From Anaeromyxobacteraceae bacterium (GTDB taxonomy: Bacteria; Myxococcota; Myxococcia; Myxococcales; Anaeromyxobacteraceae), in NCBI GenBank assembly GCA_047602405.1, contig JASGHJ010000001.1:768001-832000 (forward strand): a stretch of 64,000 nucleotides of DNA, given 5' to 3'. The notes under the pieces are model-generated. The model saw only the letters and a list, made by a program, of their open reading frames with translations, was not told the origin of the DNA and did not search any database. Numbering within the stretch: the first letter of the stretch is position 1; each line of letters opens with the position of its first letter. Positions 10,881-20,424 of this stretch are shown piece after piece. Made by a program: the position numbers and the translations under genes.

Positions 10881-12068
10881 CTACTGGATCCGCACCAGCT
10901 CCCGCTGGATCTTCGCGAAGACCTTCGGGCCGTCGGCGGCCATGAAGACGTCGATCTCCGAGCGGACGCCCAGGCCCTCCTCGGGCAGGTAGATGCCGGG
11001 CTCGATCGAGAACGCGAGGCCGGTCACGAGCGAGCGGGTGTCGTGCGTCTCGAGGTCGTCGAGGTTCGCGCCGTCGCCGTGGACGTTGCGGCCGATGGAG
11101 TGGCCGGTGCGGTGCACGAACTTCTCGCCGAACCCGTGCGAGGCGATGTGGTCGCGCACGGCGCGGTCCACCTGCCAGCCCTGGAGGACCTTCCCCTCCT
11201 GGTGGGCCTTCTCGAGGAGCGCGAGGCCGGCGTCCCGGCCGCCGGCGGTGACCTCGAAGATCTTCTCGGCCTTCGCCGGCGGGCGGTCGCCGCAGAAGCC
11301 GGTCCAGGTGATGTCGGCGTAGACGTCCTCGGGGCCGGTGCCGCGCGCCCAGAGGTCGATGAGGAGGAGGTCGCCCTTCTTGATGGGCGTGGGCGTCTCC
11401 TTCGACGGCGTGTAGTGCGGATCGCCGGCGTGGCCGTTCACCGCGACGATGGGCGGGTGGTCGGTCTCGAGCTTCGCCTCGGCGAACCGCGCCATGAGGA
11501 AGTCCTGCACGTCGGTCTCGAGGAGGGTCTCGCCCTTGCGGTGCGCCTCGGCCACCCGCGCGAAGGCGGCGTCCTTGGCGGCGTCGATGGCGTCGAGCGC
11601 CCGGCGGTGGCTCGCGACCTGCGCGTCGCTCCAGCGGCACAGGAACCGCTGCACGAGCTCGGCGGAGGAGACGACCTCGACGCCGTAGGTCCGCACGAGC
11701 TCGAGCGCGCCCGCGTCGACGCGCGACAGGTACGGGATCGCGCCCTCGGGGAAGTACTCCATCGCGATGCGGGCGTTCTTCCGAAGCGCGCCCAGGATCT
11801 TCCCGAGCCCCTCGCGCTGCGACTGCCAGGAGGCGTACGCGGCGCGCCGGCCCGGGATGCCCTTCGGCCACGAGCCGAGCTCGATCTTGTGCATCAGCGC
11901 GACGGGCTCGCCCTGCGCCGGCACGAGGTAGAACCAGCGCCGGGTGAGCATGTGGCCCTCGAGCCCGAGCGCCGTGATGGCGGTCGGGTTCTGGCCGTGG
12001 AAGTCGTAGAGGAGCCAGCCGTCGAGACCGGACTCGACGAGCGCGCGCTGCAGGGCGGGGATGTCCAT
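10881..12068 (-). CDS. M24 family Xaa-Pro aminopeptidase
   Basis: Pita-bread fold metal ligands in DPHY, LIDLW, ADITWT, HRTGHSIG, SIEPGIY, VRSE. Confidence 0.9.
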   Translation of the reverse strand: MDIPALQRALVESGLDGWLLYDFHGQNPTAITALGLEGHMLTRRWFYLVPAQGEPVALMHKIELGSWPKGIPGRRAAYASWQSQREGLGKILGALRKNARIAMEYFPEGAIPYLSRVDAGALELVRTYGVEVVSSAELVQRFLCRWSDAQVASHRRALDAIDAAKDAAFARVAEAHRKGETLLETDVQDFLMARFAEAKLETDHPPIVAVNGHAGDPHYTPSKETPTPIKKGDLLLIDLWARGTGPEDVYADITWTGFCGDRPPAKAEKIFEVTAGGRDAGLALLEKAHQEGKVLQGWQVDRAVRDHIASHGFGEKFVHRTGHSIGRNVHGDGANLDDLETHDTRSLVTGLAFSIEPGIYLPEEGLGVRSEIDVFMAADGPKVFAKIQRELVRIQ

Positions 12069-12092
12069 GCGCGCTGTTCTAGCGCGGAACCG

Positions 12093-13574
12093 CTACACGG
12101 GCACGCGGTAGCGCGACCCCGGCCCGCGCTCACCCGGGGGCAGGATCTCGTGGAGCCGGATGGAGTTCGTGTGGCCGGGGACCCCGAGCGGGGATCCGTG
12201 GACCAGCACGATCCGGTCGCCCGGCCTCGCGATCTTCTCCTCGACGAGCCGCTCCGCCACGAGCTCGGCCATGAGGTCGGCGTTCTTCACCGGCTCCATC
12301 AGCCTCGGCTCGACGCCCCAGTAGAGCGCGAGGCGCCGGCGGATCGTCTGCTCGGAGGAGAACGCGATGATCGGCACCCGCGGCCGGAACTGCGACAGGA
12401 GCCGCGCGGTCGTCCCGGAGGTGGTGAAGCAGCAGACCGCGACGGCGCCCGCGTCGTCGGCGGCCTCGCAGGCCGCGGCGGCGGTGACGAGCGGGAACGG
12501 CGCGGGGCGCTGGCGGATGATCGTGTCGTACGGCGGCGCGTCGTGGGCGATGGCCGCCTCGGCCTCGCGCACGATGCGGTCCATCATCTGCACCGCCTGC
12601 AGCGGGAAGCGCCCGCTCGCGGTCTCGCCCGAGAGCATCACCGCGTCGGCGCCGTCCCAGATGCCGTTCGCGACGTCGGAGGCCTCGGCGCGGGTCGGGC
12701 GCGGGTGGTCGATCATCGAGTTGAGCATCTGCGTCGCGATGATGACCGGCTTGCCGGCCGCGTTCGCCTTGCGGCAGATCTCCTTCTGGATGGAGGGCAC
12801 GCGCTCGGGCAGGATCTCCACCCCGAGGTCGCCGCGGGCCACCATCACGCCGTCGGCCGCGGCGATGATCGCGTCGAGGTGCTCGAGCGCCTCGGGCTTC
12901 TCGATCTTGGCGATGATCGGGACCACCCGCCCCGCGCGCTGCATCTCGTCGCGGCACAGCCCGACGTCCTCGGCGGTCCGCACGAACGAGAGCGCCACCG
13001 CGTCCACGCCGTGCGCGACGCCGAACGCGACGTCGGCGCGGTCCTTCTCGCTCATCGCCGCGGTGCGGAGCGCGACGCCCGGGAGGTTGATGCCCTTGTG
13101 CTCGCCGAGGATCCCGCCCTCCACCACCTGGGCGCGCACCCGGACCCCGTCGGTCGAGAGCACGCGCAGCTCGAGGAGGCCGTCGTCGATGAGCAGGCGG
13201 TCGCCGGCGCGGACGTCCTCGGCGAGGTGCGGGTAGGTGGTGGAGACGAGGTGCTCGTCTCCGGCGAGCTCCTCCTCGGTGGTCACCACGAGCTCGGCGC
13301 CGGGCTCGAGCCGCACGCCGGCCCGGCCGGCCTTCAGCGGACCGGTGCGGATCTTCGGGCCCTGCAGGTCCTGCAGGAGCGCGATGGGCTTCTGGAGGTG
13401 GCGCGAGGCGGCGCGCACGCGGTCGATGACCGACGCGTGGTCCTCGTGCTTGCCGTGGGAGAAGTTGAGGCGGACGACGTCGACGCCGTTCGAGAGGAGC
13501 TTCTCCAGCAGGTCGGGCTCGGACGACGCCGGCCCGACCGTGGCCACGATCTTGGCCCTGCGCTGTGGACTCAT
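12093..13574 (-). CDS. pyk: Pyruvate kinase
   Basis: KIVATVGPAS, RLNFSHG, DLQGPKIR, IIAKIE, MVARGDLG, ATQMLNSM, MLSGETA. Confidence 0.97.
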   Translation of the reverse strand: MSPQRRAKIVATVGPASSEPDLLEKLLSNGVDVVRLNFSHGKHEDHASVIDRVRAASRHLQKPIALLQDLQGPKIRTGPLKAGRAGVRLEPGAELVVTTEEELAGDEHLVSTTYPHLAEDVRAGDRLLIDDGLLELRVLSTDGVRVRAQVVEGGILGEHKGINLPGVALRTAAMSEKDRADVAFGVAHGVDAVALSFVRTAEDVGLCRDEMQRAGRVVPIIAKIEKPEALEHLDAIIAAADGVMVARGDLGVEILPERVPSIQKEICRKANAAGKPVIIATQMLNSMIDHPRPTRAEASDVANGIWDGADAVMLSGETASGRFPLQAVQMMDRIVREAEAAIAHDAPPYDTIIRQRPAPFPLVTAAAACEAADDAGAVAVCCFTTSGTTARLLSQFRPRVPIIAFSSEQTIRRRLALYWGVEPRLMEPVKNADLMAELVAERLVEEKIARPGDRIVLVHGSPLGVPGHTNSIRLHEILPPGERGPGSRYRVPV

Positions 13575-14362
13575 TGAGTGATGGGAGTACGCCAGGCCGC
13601 GAGCTGCGTATAGGCCCTCGACTGGCCGTCGCAGGTGCCGTCGCGGTGGTACGTCAAGGCGTGGGCCACGGTCCAGGGCCCGGGGGTGCTCGGGAAGGAG
13701 ATGTCGGCCCTCCGCTCCCGCGCGCCCATGACCGCCAGCACCGAGCCCAGCGGGTCTCCCACCATCAGCCGATCGTCGTAGACGAGGCCGCACTCACCCG
13801 GGGTGAACTCCTGCCACTGCTCGTCGACGTAGAAGACCGGGAAGTCGAGGGAGGCGTCGTCGAGCGAGATGCCGGCGGGCGAGATGACGCGCGCGGCCCG
13901 CGCCCCGTCGCGGCTCACGGTGGTCTCCCACAGCAGGAACTGGCTCGCCGGAACGCCGTCCACCACGATGACGCGGATGCCCGGGTAGGGCAGCGGCTCG
14001 CGGGAGGGGCCCTCGCCGCCGGGCACCACCCGGACCCGCACCTGGACCTGCTTGCCGTCGATCGCCGGCGGGAACACGGCGTCGGGGAGCGCGGTGGAGT
14101 CGAAGGAGATGCTCACGTCGCCGAGCGCGGTCCCGTCCCGCAGGGCCGCGCCGACGATGGTCAGGTGCTCGCCGTCCACGCGGCTCGCGGTCCCGGTGAG
14201 GTCGGTGAGCTGCTCGACGTCGAAGCCGTCGACGAAGGCGTCGCCGGACGGCAGCGTCACCTTGATGTGGAACGGCTCCGACTTCGGGTCCTTCGTCGGG
14301 CAGCCGGTGGCGGCGAGCGCGAGGGCCGCGAGGACGGCAGCGCTAGATGATCCAGCCGACAC
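13571..14362 (-). CDS. Hypothetical lipoprotein
   Basis: Hydrophobic leader with lipobox ATGC; stop overlaps the pyk start (ATGA). Confidence 0.7.
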   Translation of the reverse strand: MSAGSSSAAVLAALALAATGCPTKDPKSEPFHIKVTLPSGDAFVDGFDVEQLTDLTGTASRVDGEHLTIVGAALRDGTALGDVSISFDSTALPDAVFPPAIDGKQVQVRVRVVPGGEGPSREPLPYPGIRVIVVDGVPASQFLLWETTVSRDGARAARVISPAGISLDDASLDFPVFYVDEQWQEFTPGECGLVYDDRLMVGDPLGSVLAVMGARERRADISFPSTPGPWTVAHALTYHRDGTCDGQSRAYTQLAAWRTPITQ

Positions 14363-14972
14363 GGAGCCTCCACTGGAAGATGGTCGACGTCTGCGGGCGG
14401 GCCCAGCCGAACCCCTCCACGCCGAGCAGGAGCCGCTTGCCGAGCTGGGCCTCGACGCCGAGGCCCGCCTCGGTGTCGCTCGCCCACCGCTTCTCGAACG
14501 GCGAGTCGGCGCGCGCGCCGCGGGCCGAGAGCCGGCCGTAGATCGTGACGGGCTCGAGGTGGGCGCCCGCCGCGAGCTCGCCGCGCAGGAAGGTGGAGGT
14601 CTTCGACCCGGCGCCGAGCGGGACGTAGGTCTCGCCGGCCTCGAACGTGCCGGAGAGCCGGAACAGCCCCTCCGAGAGCGGCGTGACCCGCAGGCCCAGC
14701 GCGATCGCGTTCTGCGCGTTCAGGCCGCGGTAGAGGAGCATCGAGTCGCCGCGGAACTCGAAGTCGAGCCAGTACCCGAGGCCGAGTCGGCCCTGCACGC
14801 CCGTGCGGAGCCAGCCCGCGTCGAGCGCCGCCACCATCCGCCCGCGCGGGGCCGCGCCGACCGCGATCCCCGGCGAGGGCTCCTCGACCTCGAAGTCGTC
14901 GACGGGCGGCCGGCTCTGGGAGAGCGCGGGGAGGGGGAGCGCGAGGAGCGCGGCGGCGAGGATGGGGCGCAC
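14343..14972 (-). CDS. Exported/outer-membrane beta-strand protein
   Basis: Signal peptide VRPILAAALLALPLPALS; amphipathic strands; C-terminus WRLRVGWII. Confidence 0.65.
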   Translation of the reverse strand: MRPILAAALLALPLPALSQSRPPVDDFEVEEPSPGIAVGAAPRGRMVAALDAGWLRTGVQGRLGLGYWLDFEFRGDSMLLYRGLNAQNAIALGLRVTPLSEGLFRLSGTFEAGETYVPLGAGSKTSTFLRGELAAGAHLEPVTIYGRLSARGARADSPFEKRWASDTEAGLGVEAQLGKRLLLGVEGFGWARPQTSTIFQWRLRVGWII

Positions 14973-15120
14973 GGGCGGAGGGAAGCGTAACGCAGGGTCC
15001 CCGCCACCCCAAGCCTCCCGGTCTGTATCCCGTCGGGGTTGCAGCGGATCGGTCCTGTCGCGCTGCAGACACCCGGGCGTGTTTGCGACGGACAGCCCCG
15101 TCTTGGTAGCGTCCCGGCGA

Positions 15121-16562
15121 ATGGGCGATCCCGTGCTCGAGCGGCGGCTCTCGAAGCTCCAGTCGATCCTCGGCGTTGCGAAGGCGATGACGGCGGAGCG
15201 GCACCTCGACCGCCTGCTCGCCCTCGTGGTCGACGCGGCCGCGCAGGTGGCCGAGGCCGATCGCTGCACGCTCTTCATCGCCGACCGCGACAAGGGCGAG
15301 CTGTGGAGCAAGGTGGCGCACGGGGCGGGCGAGAATCCGCGTGCCGATCACCGCGGGCATCGTGGGCGCGGTCGCCTCGAGCGGCCAGCCGATCCGGATC
15401 GCCGACGCCTACTCCGACGAGCGCTTCAACCGCCGCGTCGACCTCGAGACCGGCTACCACACCCGCACCATCCTCGCGGTGCCGATGCTCAACACGCGCG
15501 GCGAGGTGGTGGGCGTGCTGCAGGCCATCAACCGGCTCACCGGCACCTTCTCCGCGGAGGACGAGGAGCTCCTCGGCGCGCTCGCCGGCCCCGCCGCGAG
15601 CGCGATCGAGAACGCGCTCCTCAACGAGGAGATCGAGAAGCTCTTCGAGGGCTTCGTGCAGGCCTCGGTCGTCGCGATCGAGCAGCGCGATCCGACCACC
15701 GCCGGCCACTCGGGCCGGGTCGCGACGCTCACGGTCGGCCTCGCCCGCGCCGTCGAGCACGCGCCGCCCACGCCCTGGAAGGGCACGAAGTTCGACGCGA
15801 GCTCGAATCCAGCAGATGCGCTACGCCGCGCTCCTGCACGACTTCGGCAAGGTCGGCGTGCGCGAGCACGTGCTCGTGAAGGCGGAGAAGCTCTACCCGC
15901 ACGAGCTCGAGATCCTGAAGGCCCGCTTCGAGCTCGCCCGGGCGCTCCTCGAGAACGCGCGCCTCACGGCGCGGCTCGAGGGCAAGCCCGAGGCCGAGCT
16001 CGCCGAGCGCGCGACCGAGCTCGCCGGGCTCTGGGACGTGGTGGTCGCGGCGAACAAGCCCACCATCCTCGCCGCCGAGGCCTCCCAGAAGCTCGCCCAC
16101 GCCGCGGCCCGCACCTTCAAGGATCTCGGCGGCGTCGAGCGCCCGCTCCTCACCCCCATCGAGCTCGCCTGCCTCTCCATCCCGCGCGGCTCGCTGTCCG
16201 AGACCGAGCGGAAGGAGATCGAGAGCCACGTCACCCACACCTTCAGCTTCCTCTCGCAAATCCCGTGGACCCGGGTGCTGCGGCGCGTGCCCGAGATCGC
16301 GTACGGGCACCACGAGAAGCTCGACGGCAAGGGCTACCCCCGCGCGCTCCCGCCGCAGAACATCGCGATCGAGACGCGGATGATGACAATCTCCGACATC
16401 TACGACGCCCTCACCGCGAGCGACCGCCCGTACAAGCGCGCGCTCGCGCCGGAGAAGGCGATCGACATCCTCTCCGAGGAGGCGAAGCGCGGGCAGATCG
16501 ACGCGCCGCTCCTCGGGGTGTTCGTCGAGGCCGGCGTCTGGAAGGCGACCCACCGCCCGTGA
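15121..16562 (+). CDS. GAF + HD-GYP cyclic-di-nucleotide phosphodiesterase (+1 frameshifts near 15335 and 15807)
   Basis: GAF (ADRCTLF...DAYSDERFN...GVLQAIN), [27 protein letters not shown] and [11 protein letters not shown] are spread over three consecutive frames. Confidence 0.9.
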
Positions 16563-17125
16563 GCGGCCGCCTCCCGCGCGCCTTCTTCGCGCGCGACACC
16601 CGCACCGTCGCCCGCGCGCTGCTCGGGAAGCTCCTCGTGCACGACGACGCCGGCGTGCGCCGCGCGGCGCGAATCGTGGAGACCGAGGCGTACCGCGGCC
16701 CCGGCGACCAGGCCTCGCACGCGCGCTTCGGGCCGACGAAGCGGGCGGCGGTGATGTTCGGGCCGCCCGGCCACGCGTACGTCTACCTGATCTACGGCAC
16801 GAGCCACTGCGTGAACCTCGTGACCGAGCGGGAGGGCTTCCCGGCGGCGGTGCTGATCCGCGCGGCGGAGCCGGTGGAGGGGTGCCTGCACTCGACGCGC
16901 GGGCCGGGGAACCTGTGCCGCGCGCTCGGGATCACCCGCGCCCACACCGGGCTCGACCTCGAGGTGGGCGAGCTGTGGGTCGAGGATGCCCCCGGCCCCC
17001 GGCCCCGGGAGAAGGTGTCGACGGGGCCCCGGGTCAACGTCGAGTACGCCGGCGTGTGGGCGAAGAAGCCCTGGCGGTACGCGCTCGCGGGGAACCTTTT
17101 CGTGAGCGGGCCGAAGATCGTCTGA
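16559..17125 (+). CDS. DNA-3-methyladenine glycosylase (AAG/MPG family)
   Basis: [46 protein letters not shown] overlap with the upstream gene. Confidence 0.92.
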   Translation: MSGRLPRAFFARDTRTVARALLGKLLVHDDAGVRRAARIVETEAYRGPGDQASHARFGPTKRAAVMFGPPGHAYVYLIYGTSHCVNLVTEREGFPAAVLIRAAEPVEGCLHSTRGPGNLCRALGITRAHTGLDLEVGELWVEDAPGPRPREKVSTGPRVNVEYAGVWAKKPWRYALAGNLFVSGPKIV

Positions 17126-17163
17126 TCGCGGGGCCCCTGTTTCACTCCCCGGAGATACCAACC

Positions 17164-17484
17164 ATGAACAGGCTCCTCCCGGTCGCGCTCGTGCTCGGCC
17201 TCGCGCTCACCCTCTCCGCCTGCGGCGACGACAAGAAGTCGGCCTGCGAGAGCGGCTGCTCCAAGGCCGCCGCAGCGAACTGCGTGAACGACGTCAGCGA
17301 GGCCCAGTGCGTGACCGAGTGCAACGCGCTCTGGAACAACCCCACCTGCCAGAAGGAGATCCGCGCGTTCCTGACGTGCGCCTCCAAGACCAACTTCACC
17401 TGCGACTCGAACGGCGAGGCCACGCCGCCCGACACGGCGTGCGTGTCGGAGAGCGAGGCCCTCAGCGCCTGCCTGTTCCAGTGA
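17164..17484 (+). CDS. Small Cys-rich lipoprotein
   Basis: SD GGAG; lipobox LSAC; 10 further Cys in about 85 aa. Confidence 0.85.
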   Translation: MNRLLPVALVLGLALTLSACGDDKKSACESGCSKAAAANCVNDVSEAQCVTECNALWNNPTCQKEIRAFLTCASKTNFTCDSNGEATPPDTACVSESEALSACLFQ

Positions 17485-17573
17485 CCGGGCCTGCCCCCGG
17501 CCGATGAAGCCGGGGGGACACCCCCACGGCGGAGGAGCACCCGGCGGCGACCGGGTGTATCCTCCGCCGCCCG

Positions 17574-18584
17574 ATGCTCCACCTCTCCGGCCAGGACTCC
17601 CGAGCGCTCGCCCGCCTGGCGGGCATCAGCCTCGAGGACGCGCGCCGGATCACCGGCGCGGTGATCGGCCGGGGCGAGTCGCTGCGCCGGGCGCGCAACG
17701 TGCGCCGCGAGGTGCTCGACCACGTCGAGGCGCTCTCCGCGGGCGGAGAGCTCAAGGCCGTCGGCCACGTCGACGCGAAGGACGGGTTTCGGAAGTACCT
17801 GTTCGAGCTGCCCGACGGCGCGCGCGTCGAGTCGGTGCGGATCCCGCTCTTCGACACGCACCACGTCGTCTGCATCTCCTCGCAGGCGGGCTGCCCGCTC
17901 GCGTGCGCGTTCTGCGCGACCGGGAAGCTCGGCCTCGAGCGCAACCTCGCGTCCTGGGAGATCGTGCAGCAGGTCCTGCACGTGCGGCGGAACGCGGAGC
18001 GCCCGGTCACCGGCGTCGTGTTCATGGGCCAGGGCGAGCCGTTCCTCAACTACGAGGCGGTGCTCGACGCGGCCTACGCGCTCTGCGATCCGGCCGGCGC
18101 GCGCATCGACGCCCGGCGCATCTCGATCTCCACCGCGGGCATCGTCCCGGCCATCCGCCGCTACACCGCCGAGGGCCACAAGTTCCGGCTCTGCATCTCG
18201 CTCAACGCGGCGATCCCGTGGAAGCGCGAGGCGCTCATGCCCATCGAGCGGAAGTGGCCGCTCGACGCCCTCGTCGAGGCCGTGCGCGAGCACGCCGCCG
18301 CGACCGGCCGCGTGACGCTCGAGTACGTGATGATCGCGGGCGTGAACACCGGGCCCGAGGACGCGGCCGCGCTCGGGAGGCTCCTCGAGGGCATCCCGGT
18401 GCGGCTCAACCCGATCGCGGTCAACGACGCCTCGGGGCGCTTCAAGCCGCCCGATGAGACGGAGTGGAACCGCTTCCGCGACCTCCTCGGGCGCGCCCTG
18501 CCGGGCCAGCCCATCGTGCGGCGCTACTCGGGTGGCCAGGACGAGGCGGCGGCGTGCGGGATGCTCGCCTCCCGGTTGCGGTAG
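17574..18584 (+). CDS. RlmN/Cfr-family radical SAM RNA methyltransferase-like protein
   Basis: [46 protein letters not shown]. Confidence 0.88.
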   Translation: MLHLSGQDSRALARLAGISLEDARRITGAVIGRGESLRRARNVRREVLDHVEALSAGGELKAVGHVDAKDGFRKYLFELPDGARVESVRIPLFDTHHVVCISSQAGCPLACAFCATGKLGLERNLASWEIVQQVLHVRRNAERPVTGVVFMGQGEPFLNYEAVLDAAYALCDPAGARIDARRISISTAGIVPAIRRYTAEGHKFRLCISLNAAIPWKREALMPIERKWPLDALVEAVREHAAATGRVTLEYVMIAGVNTGPEDAAALGRLLEGIPVRLNPIAVNDASGRFKPPDETEWNRFRDLLGRALPGQPIVRRYSGGQDEAAACGMLASRLR

Positions 18585-18594
18585 CCGGAGCGCG

Positions 18595-18623
18595 TTGACA
18601 CGGACCGTCCCGGTCCTTAGTTC
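18595..18623 (+). promoter_or_regulatory. sigma70-type promoter with a palindrome in the spacer
   Basis: TTGACA-17 bp-TAGTTC; the spacer contains GGACCG-TCC-CGGTCC. Confidence 0.5.
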
Positions 18624-18630
18624 CAGCGGG

Positions 18631-19042
18631 GTGACGTCGGACCTCGCCGGCCTCCTCGCCCGCCACGGCATCCAGCCCTCCGCCCAGCGGATGGCCGTGG
18701 CCGCGTACGTGCTGGACACCGAGGATCACCCCTCGGCCGACCAGGTCTTCGCGAAGGTGAAGCGGAGCCACCCCTCGAATCTCGCGCGCGACCGTCTACA
18801 ACACCCTCAACCGGTTCGTGCGGGAGGGCATCCTCCGCACGCTCGTGCTTGCGGAGGGCCGGGTCGTCTTCGACCCGAACGTGAGCCCGCACCACCACTT
18901 CATCGACGAGGCGACCGGGCGCATCCACGACATCCCGTGGGACGCGCTCAGGGTCTCCCGCGTGGAGGCCCTCGAGGGCCTCGACGTCCGCGAGTACCAG
19001 GTGGTGCTGCGCGGGCGCCAGAAGCAGCACCGCAGGTCGTAG
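18631..19042 (+). CDS. Fur-family regulator, PerR/Irr-like (+1 frameshift near 18779)
   Basis: QRMAV...HPSADQVF...PS(I)SRATVYNTLNRF...FDPNVSPHHHFID; no CxxC zinc motifs; lies upstream of rubrerythrin. Confidence 0.9.
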
Positions 19043-19097
19043 GCGCGCTGTCCTGCCACGGCCCGATAAGGGTCGTGCTCGTTTCCGTTGCGAACGC

Positions 19098-19114
19098 TTT
19101 AGACAGTGTCTAAA
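19098..19114. promoter_or_regulatory. Fur-family operator upstream of rubrerythrin
   Basis: Perfect AT-rich palindrome TTTAGACA-G-TGTCTAAA overlapping TTGCGA(19088)-17 bp-TAAATC(19111). Confidence 0.8.
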
Positions 19115-19163
19115 TCGTCCCCCACCGATTCCTCACCCCGCAGCACCCCCCAGGAGAACGAGC

Positions 19164-19580
19164 ATGGCCAACCTCAAGAACTCGAAGACCGAGAAGAACC
19201 TCAAGGACGCGTTCGCGGGCGAGTCGCAGGCGAACCGCCGCTACCTCTACTTCGCGAAGGTCGCCGACGTGGAGGGCTACCCGGAGATCGCCTCCAACTT
19301 CCGCGAGACCGCCGAGGGTGAGACCGGCCACGCGCACGGCCACCTCGACTTCCTGAAGACGGTCGGCGACCCGGCCACCGGCCTCCCGCTCGGCGACACG
19401 ACCCTCAACCTCAAGGCCTCCATCGCCGGCGAGACGCACGAGTACACGGACATGTACCCGGGCATGGCGAAGACCGCCCGCGACGAGGGCTTCTCCGAGA
19501 TCGCCGACTGGTTCGAGACGCTCGCGAAGGCCGAGAAGAGCCACGCCGGGCGCTTCGAGAAGATGCTGAAGACGCTGTAA
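19164..19580 (+). CDS. Short rubrerythrin (ferritin-like, no rubredoxin domain)
   Basis: [47 protein letters not shown]. Confidence 0.95.
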   Translation: MANLKNSKTEKNLKDAFAGESQANRRYLYFAKVADVEGYPEIASNFRETAEGETGHAHGHLDFLKTVGDPATGLPLGDTTLNLKASIAGETHEYTDMYPGMAKTARDEGFSEIADWFETLAKAEKSHAGRFEKMLKTL

Positions 19581-19588
19581 TTGACCGA

Positions 19589-19723
19589 CCCTTCGACTTC
19601 GGCCCGCCTGACGGCGGGCCTACGCTCAGGGTGAGCGAACCTGGCCGCCCTAGTCCGCTCATCCTGAGCCCTTCGACTTCGCCACCTACGGTGGCTACGC
19701 TCAGGATGAACGGAGTCGAAGGA
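19589..19723. repeat. Cluster of REP-like elements (one simple, one nested)
   Basis: 19589-19638 CCCTTCGACTTC-GGCCCGCC...GGCGGGCC-TACGCTCAGGGTGAGCG; 19655-19723 CCGCTCATCCTGAGC-[CCTTCGACTTC-GCCACC-TAC-GGTGGC-TACGCTCAGGATGAACGG]-AGTCGAAGGA. Confidence 0.85.
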
Positions 19724-19757
19724 TGAGCAGCCTGTTCGCTGAGAAGAGGGAACCGTC

Positions 19758-20320
19758 ATGCGTCCCGTGAAGCGCGAAGAGATCCTCGACCTCGCCGCCT
19801 ACGAGAAGTCCCGCGAGGCCATCCGTCCGTCCATCCTCGACGCGAAGCGCCGCCGGCGCGTCCACGTCGGCGGCGTGCTGACGTTCCTCTTCGAGAACAC
19901 GGCGACCGTGCGCTACCAGGTGCAGGAGATGCTCCGGGCCGAGCGCATCCAGAAGGAGCCGGAGAATCGCGCACGAGATCGAGACGTACAACGAGCTCGT
20001 CGGCGGGAAGGGCGAGCTCGGCTGCTCGCTGCTCATCGAGATCACCGACCCCGAGGAGCGCGCGAAGAAGCTCGGGCAGTGGCTCGCGCTCCCGAAGCAC
20101 CTCTACGTGAAGACCGAGGACGGCGAGAAGCACCGCGCCCGCTTCGACGAGCGGCAGATCGGCACCGACCGGCTCTCGTCGGTGCAGTACCTCCGGTTCG
20201 ACGTGAAGGGTCGCCAGGCCCATCGCGGTCGGCAGCGACCTGCCCGGCCTCACCGCCGAGACGGCGCTCGACGGCGAGCAGCGCGAGGCGCTGCGGCAGG
20301 ACCTCGCGAGCGACGCCTAG
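19758..20320 (+). CDS. DUF3501 family protein (+1 frameshifts near 19966 and 20215)
   Basis: AYEKSR...KRRRRVHVG...[20 protein letters not shown]...(EIETYNEL)...[11 protein letters not shown]3501 is the usual partner of short rubrerythrins. Confidence 0.85.
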
Positions 20321-20424
20321 GCGGTCCGCTGAAGGATCACCGTCGATCCGCCGGAGCAGGACCGTCCGTACGCTGACGCAGTACGGCGTTGCGCCCGGCC
20401 CGCGCCCTCGGTTATCCCCGGAGC

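Noticed and set aside
15341..17125. Apparent GAF-MPG glycosylase fusion
   Set aside because: Produced by the HD-GYP frameshifts; MPG has its own GTG overlapping the HD-GYP stop.
17164..18584. Cys-rich peptide + radical SAM as a RiPP (sactipeptide/ranthipeptide) cluster
   Set aside because: The enzyme is RlmN-type with no SPASM or RRE domain, and the peptide is a lipoprotein.
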